Assembly (NCBI RefSeq): GCF_009834535.1 | Contig: NC_045696.1 | Span: 25,918,001-25,982,000 of the forward strand | Direction: 5' to 3' | Origin: Camelus ferus | Taxonomy: Eukaryota | Length of the DNA: 64,000 nt | Part shown: positions 24,501 through 38,045 of the stretch, piece by piece | How the letters are laid out: each line of letters opens with the position of its first letter | Position numbering within the stretch: position 1 is the stretch's first letter | Translations under genes and position numbers: made by a program | The notes under the pieces: model-generated | Told to the model about the DNA's origin: nothing | Seen by the model: only the letters and a program-made list of their open reading frames with translations | Databases searched by the model: none

Positions 24501-27500
24501 TAGAATTGGTTAATATTAGGAAATAATTAAAATAGTGAAGTGATGTCACTGTTTGCAAAATTAATTGAAAAATTAATAGAATATGAAGGTAAATATATAT
24601 ATGTTCCTTTTTGAAAATAGTGCCTGGTGCACTATTGGATATACAAATGACCTTTCCACTCTGAGGTCAGAGTTCAAATTAAGCCTTGGGTCCTAAGTAA
24701 ATTGAGATGAATGATTTGGCCTCTGTCCCTTGTGTAAAATAGTCCATATCACAGAATCACCATACATCTGTTTTTGTAAAATTGGCATAATTGGCATTCT
24801 CTTAGGATTTTCTTGGCAATGAAGCTGAAGCTATTTCTTACTACAAAGGAAGATTCCTGTCTAGATCATGGATTTCTTTACAAAATCTGTAAAAATGGCC
24901 TAGAATAGTCTGTTATTTTTTGAAAAGGGAGAATTATGTCTCATCATAATCAATTTGGTAATTGATAACAGCACAATAACAATTTGATACATTTACTAAG
25001 ATGAGAACACCCTTGGGAAATGACATGATAAAAAATTGAAAGAATTTTGAAGAGGTCACCTTTATGATCTTATTAGTAGTTTTCTAACTGTCTTCACTCA
25101 ATAGAGAAAAATAGATTGTTTTTATATTCTAATGACTTGTTAATTATTCATATTTATTATAAAATTTAAAATTTAAATGCATAGCTATGATATTAGGTGT
25201 TGAAGGAGATACTTGGCAGTATGAATTCTGATAATATTAACTGGAGGTAGGAAAAATGGTTTCAAAATCAGCTCTTTGTTCCATAGATTCCTCCATTAAT
25301 AATAAATAATCTATATAATTTCTCAAAAATTTATCATATGTATTAATAGTATGTCAATTTGAAAAAAAACTTAGCCAGAAAAAATTATGTACAGTCTCAC
25401 CTTATAAATCATATAACAATGTGTGTCCAGTAAACTCAAGTACTAAGAATGCGGAAAATAAGTAAACGTGTAGAAATGTATACATTAATGTTAAAGATGT
25501 CCATGTTTCAGTTATATAATCAATCTAGATTTGGGGGGAAATGGTTGTTTTTATTTTTTTAACAGTTTTTGATAGTACAAGCAAGCAACCTAAAGAATTT
25601 TTAAGGAATGTTTACTTAGTGCTGAGTATTGGAAGATTATATTGAAACATAGAATAGTTACCCCCATTTATCCACCTGTTTACTCAAAATCAACAAACCA
25701 ACCTTTGGTATCCTTGCAGTTTTAAAAATTAACACTCATATTTGAGTTATAAAGTTTTAAACTCTTCATTTGCTTTTGGTTTAAATATAATTTTAAGAAA
25801 AAGAACCTCTTCCCTCCTCCCATACTCCCATGACACACACATGCACATACATAAACACATAGCACAAAACAAAAACACAAAACAGTTATTGATAGGTCTT
25901 AGCAACTTTTCCAAAGATTTTAAGCATTGTCTCTGCTTCATTATTAGCGACTGCCAAAGTTGTAGTAATGGATTAACGAAAGCCAGCATTCCCTTTGCAA
26001 ATCATACTGACTGAAGCCAGAGTCCTTTCAAACACACACAACTCATAGGGTCTTTCCCAGTGTGGCTGACACTAGTGCTCCCGTCAGTTGAATGGTGTAC
26101 TCAGTAAGTCTCAGTTTTGCTTATTCTCAGATTTTCAATTTTTCTACTGCTTGTACTGAATATTTTCATTATCTTTATTTAACAACAGGGCAACTGTGAG
26201 TGCAAAAAGGAAGAATTTTATTTATATATAATAAATTAAAAAGAATTGATACATATATCTCTAAAACTGCTTTTGAGTTGGATATAAGTAACAGACTAAA
26301 AAGATTGCTGAAGATGTCATGGGATTTTTTTGAGACCATTAACCAAGATGAAGACAACTGGCACCATACTTGGCATAGACCCAGTGCTAAATTTGTTCCT
26401 TCTTTTCATAAATTTTTTGATGAAAGGCATCTGTTCTTTACTGACATCATTAGCCTCAGAGGATATAGACCTTTAGGTTAGGAAGTAGATGTGAAAATCA
26501 AAATTGCTGTTAGTAATTAATTCCTGGGAATTAATTCTACATGTCATGTTTCCATTCACAGTTACCAGGTTGTCTCAGTTTTTAAAGAGGATGTAAATGA
26601 TGCTTCAGAACATTTTTTTTTCTTTTTCATTTTATCAGGGACTACTTCATATATTGTTTTTTCAAATCATTAATACTAATTCTTACATGGTAGACCTGTT
26701 TAAGATCATTCTTCAACGTGAAACCATTATGCCTAAATCTTTGCTTTGTGTATCTCTTTGTGTTTTTTTTTCCTTTTTTTGTTCTTAGTACCTTTTTAGT
26801 TGTTCTCAAACTAATTATAAGTGTATATTTGCAACATTTTCCAAAAAGACACCATTAACCTTTGTTGTTGTTTTAAAGTTATAGCTAGATGGAATAGGCT
26901 GTCTTATTTTTGAAGATCTGCTTCCCTTTCATGATTGAAGATACACAGGCTTCTTGGGTGATATTTATGCTAAGGGTGTGAACCTTAATTTGATATGAGA
27001 AAACATATTTTTGTGATGAGAGAAAGCTGTCAGTCTTAATGTGTTGGAAACAAAGAATAAAATTAAGACAGCATTTGCAAAGATGTTTCCTTCTGCTGTG
27101 CCATCATTTCCCAAGGGAAGCAATAGAAGCCATCTTGTTTTGATGTTTTAAAATGAGAATAAACAAATCACCCTATTGAGAATAATCTTTGTTTAGATGA
27201 ACATTTTTACAGAATAAAGCATGATCATTTTTTTCCCGTTGCTAATATCAAAAACCTCCTACCAACCAGTCACTTAACAGTCCCATTTAATATTCACTCT
27301 AAAGAGAAACATATCTTGAAAATATAATTTAAACACATTATTCATTTGTAGAAGATGCATGGCATCAAAACAGCATGGAGAAAGTGGAATTGGAAGTAGA
27401 CTATGTGAATAGAGACTTCAGTGTTCTTGTGGATGTTAAGTTCAATATAATTTCCACAGTATGATATACAGCCCACTCCCACAGGCTGGTGTTTTCCCTG

Positions 27501-27529
27501 GCTTTGCTGTAGAACATATGATCTGAAAG

Positions 27530-27875
27530 AGAGGTGGGCACCCTGCTGCCTGTGGGCCAGATTTGGCCTGCAACTTGTTTTTGTGTGATCCACAAACTAA
27601 TATTTCTTTTCTTTTTTTAAAACATTTTGAAATAGTTGAATAAAAATCAAGGCTAGAATAATATTTTGTGATATGTGAACATTTTATTCAATCTGATTTT
27701 CTTGTCCACAAATAAAGTTTCCCTGGAACCTGGATGTCCTCATTTATTTACATACAGTCCATAGCCACTTTCCTGCTACAAAGGGAGAGTAGAGTAGCTG
27801 TGACAGATAGGGTATGACTCACAAACCCTAAAATATTAAACTGTCTCGCTCTTTAAAAATGCTTGTTGATCTTTG
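27530..27875. mobile_element. MER58-like hAT-Charlie DNA transposon remnant
   Basis: gcctgtgggccagatttggcc...aataaagtttccctggaac...gagtagctgtgacaga...cctaaaatatt; the same family as about 16300-16612 in the opposite orientation. Confidence 0.75.
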
Positions 27876-28793
27876 ACTTAAAATAAAAGGGGTAATCCTT
27901 GTACTCTAGTGTGTGTTCTTAGACCATATAGGAAAGTGCTAAATTTTAGGACAGAAATAGACAAACTGGAATTTCTTTAAGGAGATCACTTAGGAGAGAG
28001 CGGAAGAGGGCTGAGATGGGTTTTAAAACATATGAGAAATGGTTGAAAGAATGATGGTGCTGTACTAGAAAAAGGAGTTGATGGGGATCACAGTCATCTT
28101 TAAATATATGCTCTCACATGGGAAAATGATTAGTTTCATAATATTTAATACAAAAGGATAAAGCTGGAGTTAAGAGCAGTAGGTGGAATTTTTATTGAAA
28201 CATATGTTGATTCAACGTGGGAAAAAAAGAATGTACTATTAAAATTATACTATTATAATGGGTTCTTTTTTCTGTATGTGTCAGTAGTTTCTAATACTTT
28301 AATTATTCATCCATAGGCTGTTTAAACCCTTGGTCCAAATGTCTGGAAGTGGTTACATTGAATGCCTTTCTTATTTCCTCATTGATTCAGCAAATACGCA
28401 TTGAAACCTCCTTTGTTTCAAACACTCTTTCAGGCACTGGGGTTAGAGTTGTGAGCAGCACAGACCAAGGCCTGCTCTTCTAGAGGTAACAAGCTGGAGT
28501 CCTTGATGTGGAGAGTGATGATATGCAAGCAGTCAGATCAGTTGTTAGATAATTTTTTAAAGACAAATCAGTGTTGTGAGGATATAATGTATGACTGTGC
28601 CAGGCAGGCCAGCCATTCTTAAGTAGAGTCATCAGGGGGACATCTTATAAGGAGGAAATGTTTGAGCTAAGACCTGTGTAAGGACCAGCCTTGTAAAGAT
28701 CTGCAGGAAAAGCATTCCAGGGGAGGGAAGGACCCATGCAAAGCCTCTCAAGTGGAAAATAACTTGTGCTTAAGAACCAGAGAGGGAAACTGG

Positions 28794-29660
28794 TGTATTA
28801 GCCTCTTAGGGCTGACGTGATAAATGACCACACATTTCCTGGTTTAAAAACATTAGAAGTTTATTCTGTCATAGTTCTCATAGGGGGCCAGAAGTCCAAA
28901 ATCAAGGTGTAGGAAGAATCCTTCTCATATGGCTTCATTTGTCTAAAAAGATTTGTTGAAGTCCTAAGTCCCAGTACTTCAGAATGTAATCTTTTTTTGG
29001 GGACAGGGTCTTTCCATACATAGTTAAATTAAAATGAGGTCAGTAAGGTGGTCCTAATCCAGTATGACTAGTGTCCTTATAAAAAGGGGAAATTCAGACA
29101 CAGAAATACAGGGAGAATCTACGTGAAGATGAAGGCTGAGATTGGAGTAATTTACAAGCCAAAGAATGCCAAAGATTGCCAGCAAACCACCAGAAGCTAG
29201 GAGAGACCAGGAACAGATTCACTTTTGTAGCCTGCAGAAGGAATCAATCCTACTAATATCTTGGATTTGGACTTTGAGCCTCCAGATCTATGAGATAATA
29301 TATTTCTGTTATTTAAGCCACCCTGTTTGTTATATTTTATTAAAATAGCCCTAGGAAACTAATACATATTCCTTGCCTCTTCCAGCTTTCAGAGGCCCCA
29401 CCGACATATATTTTGGTTTATAGCAGCATAACTCCAATCTCTGCCTCCATCTTTACGTGGACTTCTTTCTCCCTTCTGTCTCTGTGTGTCTTTTTCTATC
29501 GCTTATAGGGACATTCTCATTGGTTTTAGAGACCACTGTAATCCAGCGTGACCGTATCTCCATCCTTACCTTAATTACTTCTGCAAAGACCCTACTTCCA
29601 AGGTCACATCTTGGGGTTCTGGGTGGCCATAAATTTTGGAGAACAAACATTAGTCAGCCT
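28794..29660 (-). mobile_element. MLT1-type (ERVL-MaLR) solo LTR, outer copy, split by a second LTR
   Basis: tgtattagcctcttagggctg...ccagaagtccaaaatcaaggtg...agaatccttc [insert] cttgcctcttccagct...tctgcaaagaccctacttcca. Confidence 0.8.
28925..29366 (+). mobile_element. MLT1-type solo LTR, inner copy in opposite orientation
   Basis: tgttgaagtcctaa..cccagtacttcagaatgt...gccagcaaaccaccagaagctagga...agccctaggaaactaataca. Confidence 0.85.
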
Positions 29661-30899
29661 GCTATAGCTGATATACCTAGAGAGTTGTCAGCAAAGAGGA
29701 TGGGTGGTACCAAAAGATGGCAGAGAAGACAAGGGATGGGATATGCAGGATACCGTGAATCCTGGTGAGGAGTCTGGATTTTATTTTAAATATAAAGAAA
29801 ATTCCTTGGATGATTCTAGGCACAGAAGTAGCATAATTTATTTATATTTTTGAGAGGTGTCTTTGGCTGTTGCATAGGGGATGGCTGTAATGCAGTAAGA
29901 CTGGAAACAGGGAGATTCTTGTTTGGACCTTGTGGAGAGGGATACCAGGTGCTCAGCACAAATAGAAAAAAGTGGGACCAAGTTTGACAGATATGATGGT
30001 GCACTGAATATAAACCAAAATGTTCATGAGTGGTGTGTTACAGAGTGAGGAGAAATCATGGGTGGTTTTCTCATTGTTTGTTTGCTTATTTATTTATAAT
30101 AGTACAAGCAGATTGTAAATCTTTCGACAGTTCAAAAGGTTATACTGTGAAAGGAGAATCTCCCACCTAGTCCTGTCTCCCAGTCTCTACTCTAGGGGCA
30201 AACACTGTTGCCTATTCTATCATCATTCTCCTGAGGAAAGATTCTGTGCAGAATCTTCTCTTTCTAAGGTGACATGTATCTCCTTCTAAACTAGAGCTAT
30301 TCTTTTTCCATAAAATCCAGTTTATGAGCAAGTTTCCAGACCAGAAAACTTACTTTTTAGAAACAGCTGTTCATTCAGTAAAAATATGTCAGTAAACTTA
30401 AAATAAGATGAAATGAAAATAAAGCCAGTAGTTTTAGTGTAAATGTCCCTTATGATTTTTGTATGATTGATACTTGTGAAGCTACCTAAAACTTGCTAGC
30501 CTAGGCTTTTTGCCTAGAAATAAGAAAAGCACCTCCTTTCCCACTTGCAAGATTCATAAATGAAAAATAAAATGGATTCGTTCATCCATTGTTTATCCTC
30601 TCACTGCTTTGAAATGAGTGATGGTGTTTTGGAAAGCATGGTCATTAAGCAGCTTGCCCAAGGGGCATGGAGAGTCCCTGGCAGAGTCCATTTGAGTTGA
30701 AGGCTGGGGTTGGTAGCATATCTGGATACTCCCTCCTGTGAGGCCTTGCTATCTTCCTGCCTGTTTCAGGGTGTTTCCAGGCCATTTAAAAAGTGATTAG
30801 GAAATCATCAGCTTCCTGTGTTAAAAGGATTGAACACTCAGAACTTTCCTTGCTACCATGCAGCTGAGCTATGTTCTGCTGATTTTGCCTCCTATATAA

Positions 30900-31540
30900 A
30901 TAAAAACTCTACTTGCTTCTCCTCATTGTTGCAGTTCACCACCATCTCTTATCTGGGTTATTCCAATATCTTCCTGGGCTCTTCTGAGAGAAGACAGTGT
31001 GGTTTTTGAAAATGTGAAACAGATGATGTTAGTTTCATGAGACGTTTAAAATACCTCTATGGTTTCTGTTGTACTTATTACAGGATTGTAATCACTGATA
31101 TGGTTTTGTAAGTTCCTATGTAATCTTGGCCTCACTACCTACTTTTAAAATTTTATTCCACTATTCTTTCCCTTACCATATATTCTAGCTACATTGATGT
31201 TATTTCAGTTTCTAGAACATACCAAGGTCATCCAATTTAAAACCTGCCTATGTTGGATACTCTGCCAGCAATGTTCTTTTCCTGTTCTTACTTTGGCTAA
31301 CTCCATTTGTCTTTCAGGACTCTGCTTAAGAGGCACTTACTTAGAGAAGACCTTCTTGCCCAGTAATCCAAATTAGTTCTTCTTGCTATATCCTTCTTTA
31401 TAGTATTTTACGCAATTAAAAAATATATATGTATATACTATATACAACCAGATAGCAACCTGCATGTCTCTGTTTTGTTCATTAGTATACAACCAGTGCC
31501 AGCTGGTATTAAGTACTCATATATTTGTGAATGAATATAT
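30900..31540 (+). mobile_element. L2 3' region
   Basis: L2-like body ending in atatttgtgaatgaat. Confidence 0.55.
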
Positions 31541-32996
31541 TATATGTTTATTTTGTAGTAGAGATTGTAAACATTCATCATCCCTAAAGTTTCTGTACTT
31601 TGAGTCTGTTTCCCACATTAATCTGTTTTTATTTAAATTCAGGATTGCATATTTATTTATTTATTTATTTACTATAAATATAACAGAGTAAAGTCATTTT
31701 TTTTCCTCATAGAAGAACTGTTAGGCCATCATGATTTAGTTCAATGCAGTGATTACCAGAAGTCCAAAGGGAATCATTTAAAACACATGAATAGGAAATG
31801 AATCAGCTAAGCCTGTATTATGTTTGTAATATTGCAGCTTTTGAGTGGTTTTGTAGGTAGATTTTGAGGAAAATGCTTAATAGATAAGAAAACAATTGCC
31901 CTTTATAAATTACAGCAAACAAGTATTTAATCCAAAGAGGGTTAATAAACTGCTCAAGGGAAAGGGGTTGTAATTATATTCAATCACTGTCATTAAAAAT
32001 AGTCTTTAACAGGTTGAATGCTTTTAACTCTGCATTCTGAATAGCAGGTAAACATTGACCATTATTTTTCTAATGCTTACTTTGTCATAAAAAGTGAGTA
32101 GAGTGAGAGGAACACGTTTATGTTTGCTGAGAGAAAAAAAGCATGCGGTTTCTGAAATCACCGGTAGGGTGAAGTAAACATGAGAGGGAATATTCCTTAT
32201 AATTGTTTAAAATTCACTAAAAAGATTGCTTTTCCATTCCAAAGAGGAGAAAAGGTTGTGGGAAACACATTACAGAAAACAAAGATCAATGGGACAATAT
32301 GATTAATTTGAAGTTAAAGTAAGGAAGGTCTCTCATTTGTCACCCAGTGCCAATTTGCAGTAAACCTTAGCATTTCATCAAAAGGTTGCTGTGAACTACT
32401 TTAAAGCAATCAACTTTCCTGGAACTGGAACCTTGGGCCTTCTTGAGTCCTCTTTGAGAGCACGAAGTCTCTGTGATTAATCTTCTCTTCTGTCAACATG
32501 AATATTAAGTGATTTCCTCCCTAGTGCATTATTAAGTTGTCTTATTTAATGCTACTTTCTGAGGACTACACAGCTTGACCCTCACACTGAGGGTGAACAG
32601 ATAGAATTGTCCTATGGGCATGGTGTTCTCCTTAAATGTGAAATTATGCAGATTTATGTGGCTTTATGCCTAGTTGGGGATAATGCCCTAAATATACATG
32701 AAGAAAGAGAGTAAACGAAGTTTTTGAACTAGATCAGGCATTTTAAACTTAAATGTGGCTATTTTGATAACCATTTTTGATATGTAGTGCTTAATACAAG
32801 TACAAAAGTGTAGGACATTTACATTACAAATTAGAATCCTGTGTAGTACAAAGAATGCATTCTCATGAAACAGGTAATGTTAATATTTCATTTTTAGCAC
32901 TTGTACTGTGAACATTGATGAATTATAAATGCAGATTCAAGTTTAGATGTAGCATAAATATTCACTTACACTTTATTTTTTTTTTAACAAATATTA

Positions 32997-33159
32997 GGGG
33001 GAGAGTATAGCCCAGTGGTAGAGCACATGCTTAGCATGCACGAGGTCCTGGGTTCAATCCCTCATACCTCCTTTAAAAAATATAAGTAAAAAAAACATAA
33101 TTACCTACCCCCCCAAAATAAATGAAATTTGAAAAAAAAACCCCAAAAAAACAAAACCC
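32997..33159 (+). mobile_element. tRNA-Ala(AGC)-derived SINE (camelid Vic-1-like) with TSD
   Basis: tRNA-Ala-like head with A box TAGCCCAGTGG (33008-33018), anticodon arm ATGCTTAGCATGCA and B box GGTTCAATCC (33051-33060); A-rich tail; direct repeat CAAATATTAG at 32988-32997 and 33160-33169. Confidence 0.88.
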
Positions 33160-33684
33160 CAAATATTAGTATGTGATGTAATTGCTTTTTCTGTTCTCCA
33201 TACCTGGGAAGGCTATCTTTAAAGTGTCACAGTATCATTCTAACTTACATTCTTTTATCTTTTCTCTAAGGTTCAATTTTAAAATACACCCCTTCCACCT
33301 GTACAGTAATTCTGGGGCATAAAAGAAGTAGTTGGCAACAGATGTTTTTTTATGTCTTGTTTCCTTGCAAATATTTACTAAAGCAATTAGTTATATGCCT
33401 GAGAGGGTCTTTGTATTTATTATATTTTGAACAAATCAAATCATACTCTTTTTTAACACATTGTGGTGTTTATTAGTTCAGCTGGTTCACTGACAGATGT
33501 TTCCTTTAGGACAGTAGAACTCATACAGCTAGTTTAATTAAAAAAAAATTGTCAAGCCCTGGGTGAGTTCATCAGTTTGTATTTCTCTCCAATTTTTAGA
33601 GTAATCCTTCCTAGAGAAATCCTTCCTCCTTTATTGTTTTTTGTTACTACTATGATGTGTATTAGTCACTGGAACATTATAAAT

Positions 33685-33757
33685 GAAGGAAGGAAAGGAG
33701 GGAGGAAGGAAGGAAGGAAGGAAGGAAGGAAGGAAGGAAGGAAGGAAGGAAGGAAGG
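33685..33757. repeat. (GGAA)n microsatellite
   Basis: Near-perfect GGAA array with an interrupted 5' part. Confidence 0.95.
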
Positions 33758-34285
33758 TTGGTTTAATGAATTCTGTCCTTTAAAGAAATAATGTTATTTC
33801 AGCACAGCATAAATGTCCCTAAGGGCAGGGTGAGATGATAGTGTCTTTTCCACCAAAGGAATTGTTCCTTCATGAGTATTTAAAGTGCTGTATTTTTCTT
33901 TACCTCATCTTGAGAGGAAAGACTTAAGAATGTCAAACTTTGTATTTTCACTGTTTTCAAATAAAGGTTTCTGTTGTTATGTTTCTGTCACATCACTTAA
34001 ATTTTCATAAATGGAAATTTGAATATATTAAAACCTGGCTTATGGAAAATGGACCATAAGTGTAAAAGGAGAAGTCACTTTGCTTGTGGTTAGTATAAAT
34101 TCACACAAATATACATGAAATGCATCTCTTTATATGTTATCAGAATTTATATGTTAGCATTCTTTATTAGCGGTATAGACTGACCAGCCAGGTTTATTAG
34201 CAGTCATGTGTTTCCTTCCTAATTTCAGTTGACAATTTTAGGGGGTCATATTTGTATCTAAAGGTACAATATGTGCAGTGCTATA

Positions 34286-34467
34286 CAGTTGTCTCACAGT
34301 ATCTATTTGGGATTGGTTCCAGGACCCCGTGGATACCAAAATCTGGGGATGTTCAAGTTCCTTATATAAAACGGTGTAGTGCAGTCCACTTTCCGTATCC
34401 ATGGGTTCTGCATCCAACGATTCAATCAACCATGGACTGAACCGCAGATGGGAAGGGGGAGCGACTG
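34286..34467. mobile_element. MER2-like TcMar-Tigger non-autonomous element
   Basis: TA|CAGTTGTCTC...GAGCGACTG|TA imperfect terminal inverted repeats with TA target duplication; internal gattggttccaggacccc..gataccaaaatc..gatgttcaagttccttatataaaa. Confidence 0.8.
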
Positions 34468-35675
34468 TATAGATAAAGCAATACCTTAGATGAACATACT
34501 GATGAATTTCACTAATAAAGGAAATTGGGTACATCAGTAAGATTTTAAAATTAAGAGTATTATTTACCCTCTCTCACCAAGGCTGGGCAGTCTTTTGAGA
34601 TGATTTGGGATTCCTGTCCTTAAATTTATGAAAGACTTGGAGATGAGCAGGGAAGGGGAGCTCTAAGATAGTCCCTGTGTCAGGGTTGGACCTAACTCTT
34701 TCCTTTAATCAGTAACCTCTTAATAAGAATAAGTAACAGAGAAAGTAAATCTTTTTGGTATTTATATGTTAATATATACACCAAAATATGGTCTATATAG
34801 TTCCTGTAGGAGGGATATTATAGTTATGTACCATTATTTCTTCTTGCGCACTAATGGGACTTAAAATTATTGTTCTTTGCAGATGTCACTAAATAATAAG
34901 AGTTTGAAAAGCTCAAGCATATTTTGCTATCTTGCCGTTTTATTTAGGAGGACTTATTTCTTTTATAATTTTCCTTTTTTTTTACTGTATTATAAAATGT
35001 AATATATAAATTCTATATTTTTGCCCTACATTGTGGTACAGATCTTATTGCCCTTTCTTGTGCTTCCTGCCTTGTCTTATGAACACATTTTAACTTTTTA
35101 AGGATTAAAATAGACTGGTTCTTAAACATAGCACCGAATTTAAATGTTTAAAACTTATTTGGCAGAAGGGAGTTGTTTTAGTATATATGGTACAAAAAAG
35201 TCTTAACAACAACCTGTGGTTTTGAATTTTTTTTGGCTTAAAGTTTGCTTTTTTTAAGTGATGGAGATTTTAAAAAGTAAAGAAAACCAGTAAAACTGGA
35301 GGGAAGACAGATGATCTTTCTTCTCTTATTAAGCTATATTTCACCAACCACCTATAAATTATTTCAAGGTGAAACTGTGTAAAATTTTTAAGAATGATTG
35401 CTTTAAAATTAAACTCTTCAAATAAAAATCAGTTATATTTTCTAATTTAAATAATGAAGCACTTCACATCATTATTCTCACTATCATATACAGATAAATC
35501 TATATGAAGCATTCATAATTTGCCTTAGTTAAAACTACAAGTTTGGCATTTATGGAAAATTGTAAGTTTTGAATGTGTTTATTCTCCAGAAAAGAACTCA
35601 AAATTATGAACTTTCAGTTTTGCCTTAAAGATTTCAGCAGTGATCACTGATCACTGTGAATTTTGTAATGGACTA

Positions 35676-36178
35676 TGTAGGGGAGAACAAATATCTTTTC
35701 CTTCTACCCTTCTAATTTCTTGGCTGGGCTTCCAGTAACAAAACAGATTAACAGAAGAAAAGCCAACACATTTATTTAATGTAAGTTTTACGTGACACAG
35801 GAGACTTCATAAGGAAATGAAAACCTCAAACGTGGTTAAACCGAAGTGTTTTTATACTAGGTTTGATGAGGAGTGGAGAGTCCTGGGAAACTGTGATAAG
35901 ACAGAGGGTATGAGGTAAGTGTAGTAAACTGGGGGAAACTTAGCACATCCTGTTCCTTCACATCTGTGTTCCTTTGCATTCCAGTGTCCATTAGTCTTTG
36001 GAGATAGGGGCACTCTTTTTCTCTGGTTATAGGGCATCTCTCACGTGAGGGTCTTGTGGCCTGTTTCAGAAGAAGGTCACAAAGTCCTTGTACTTACCAT
36101 TCCCCAAATTCCTTTATCTTAAAATATTCAGTAAGTCAATGTGCCCTATTTTGGGGAAGCATGTCCTGAATCCTGTTA
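35676..36178 (-). mobile_element. ERV1-class solo LTR (MER34/MER39-like)
   Basis: Starts TGTAGGGGAG; about 500 bp; 4-bp direct repeat ACTA at 35672-35675 and 36179-36182; antisense polyA signal (tttattt). Confidence 0.7.
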
Positions 36179-36409
36179 ACTACTTAAAACTGATGATACT
36201 GAAGTTTTTAAGGACAGGATTTGAAAATGGGGAGCCTCAAAGTTGGTGCTGGAACAGTTCACTTAAACAAACCAGGACTCTTTCCTGATGAATGTATTAT
36301 TTCCTAAAATCTTGGGCAACAAAACAAAACAAAACACAAAATGACACAGTACATTTAAAGTATACGTTCTCGCCTTTTGAAAAACAGAACCCAAAATTTT
36401 CAGTTTTCA

Positions 36410-37230
36410 CCTAGGGCAGTCTACCCAGGCAATAGAAATAAAAGCAAAAATAAACAAATGCAGTGTAATTAAACTTATAAGCTTTTGCACAGCAAAGGAA
36501 ACCGTAAACAAAACAAAATGACAACCTACAGAATGGGAAAAAAATATTTGGAAATGATGCGACTGAGAAAGGTTTAATTTCCAGAATATATAAACAGCTC
36601 ATACACTTAATAACAAAAAAAAAATCCTAATCCAAAAATGGACAGAAGACTTAAACAAGCAGTTCTCCAGTGAAGACATACAAATGGCCAAAAGGCACGT
36701 GAAAAAATGCTCAATATTGCTAATTATCAGAGAAATACAAGTCAAAACTGCCATGAGGTATCACCTCTCACCAGTCAGAATGGCCATCATTCAAAAGTCC
36801 ATGAATGATAAATGCTAGAGAGAGTGTGGAGAAATGGGAACCCTCCTACAATGCTGGTGGGAATGTAGTTTGATGCAGCCACTATGGGAAACTATATGGA
36901 GATTCCTTAAAAAACTAAAAGTAGACTTACCATATGATCCAGCAATCTCACTCCTGAGCCTATATCCAGAGGGAAGTCTAATTTGAAAAGATACATGCAC
37001 CCCAGTTTTCATAGCAGCACTATATACAATAGCCAAGAAATGAAAGTAGCATAAATGTCCATCAACAGGTGACTGTGTAAGAAGTTGTGGTATATTTATT
37101 CAATGGAATATTACTCAGCCATAAAAAGAATAAAATAATGCCATTTGCACAACATGGATGGACCTAGAGATTGTCATTCAAAGTGAAATAAGCTAGAAAG
37201 AGAAAGATAAATACCATATAATAACACTGT
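36410..37230 (+). mobile_element. L1 ORF2 3' fragment (relatively young, disrupted)
   Basis: Clear L1 ORF2 C-terminal sequence (aagcttttgcacagcaaaggaaacc, agaatggccatcattcaaaagtc, atggaatattactcagccataaaaagaa) with stops and frameshifts. Confidence 0.92.
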
Positions 37231-37504
37231 TATGTTTTTATAATCTTGAGTACTAGGAATATGAATTTTTACAAGCTGTTTAAATTCTTGGATTTCTCAT
37301 CTGTGAAACAGGAATGCTTATACAAAGGTTGTACTGAAGAGTTAAAATAATTTTCATGAAGCACCCAATACCAAAAATTTGACAAGGTATAGCTATATTG
37401 GTATTTTTGTTATTGAACATCAGAATTATTAAAAATGTGTTAATATTTGTTAAATATGTATATGTATCAGGGTACTGTGCTAGGCATTGAAAATACTAAG
37501 TTAT

Positions 37505-37614
37505 ATCCTGCAGAATAAATATATAGTTATATATATATATATACACATATATATATAACTAAATACTATATATATACACATATGTGTATATATATATGTG
37601 TATATGTATATGTA

Positions 37615-37686
<72 letters not shown>
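37505..37686. repeat. Compound TA/TG repeat ending in perfect (TA)30 (37627-37686)
   Basis: Seen directly. Confidence 0.95.
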
Positions 37687-37687
<1 letters not shown>

Positions 37688-37957
37688 CTAAAATCATAAG
37701 ACAACAGTTGATAAACTGCTTCTTATATTCTTGTATGCACATCGCTGGCAAGCCTGGTCAATTATGGATTCAGTTTGGGTGAATGATTGCTTGGATGAGG
37801 CTTGGCACTAACAGGTCTTTGGTAAAAGGTTAGACAAGAAATGACTGGAATCAGCTAGGACTGTGGTAATATGGAAGCTGGGACTGTGGTCCTTCATCAA
37901 CTAGACCTTCCAAATTTATCTAGATTTTTAAGGTAGCATCTGGTCCTCTTGGAGAGA

Positions 37958-37963
37958 TATCTA

Positions 37964-38035
<72 letters not shown>

Positions 38036-38045
38036 ATCTATCTAT
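37958..38045. repeat. Compound (TCTG)n(TCTA)n tetranucleotide microsatellite
   Basis: Seen directly. Confidence 0.95.

Larger units (their letters stand above)
28375..30050 (-). mobile_element. L2 element interrupted by nested MaLR LTRs
   Basis: Antisense L2 tail (cattgattcagcaaatacgcattga) at about 28380; L2-like sequence resumes after about 29670. Confidence 0.6.

Noticed and set aside
32997..33072. Functional tRNA-Ala gene
   Set aside because: Imperfect stems, a SINE-type tail and a TSD indicate a retroposed SINE.
37501..37782. YI-repeat ORFs
   Set aside because: Translation of the (TA)n microsatellite.
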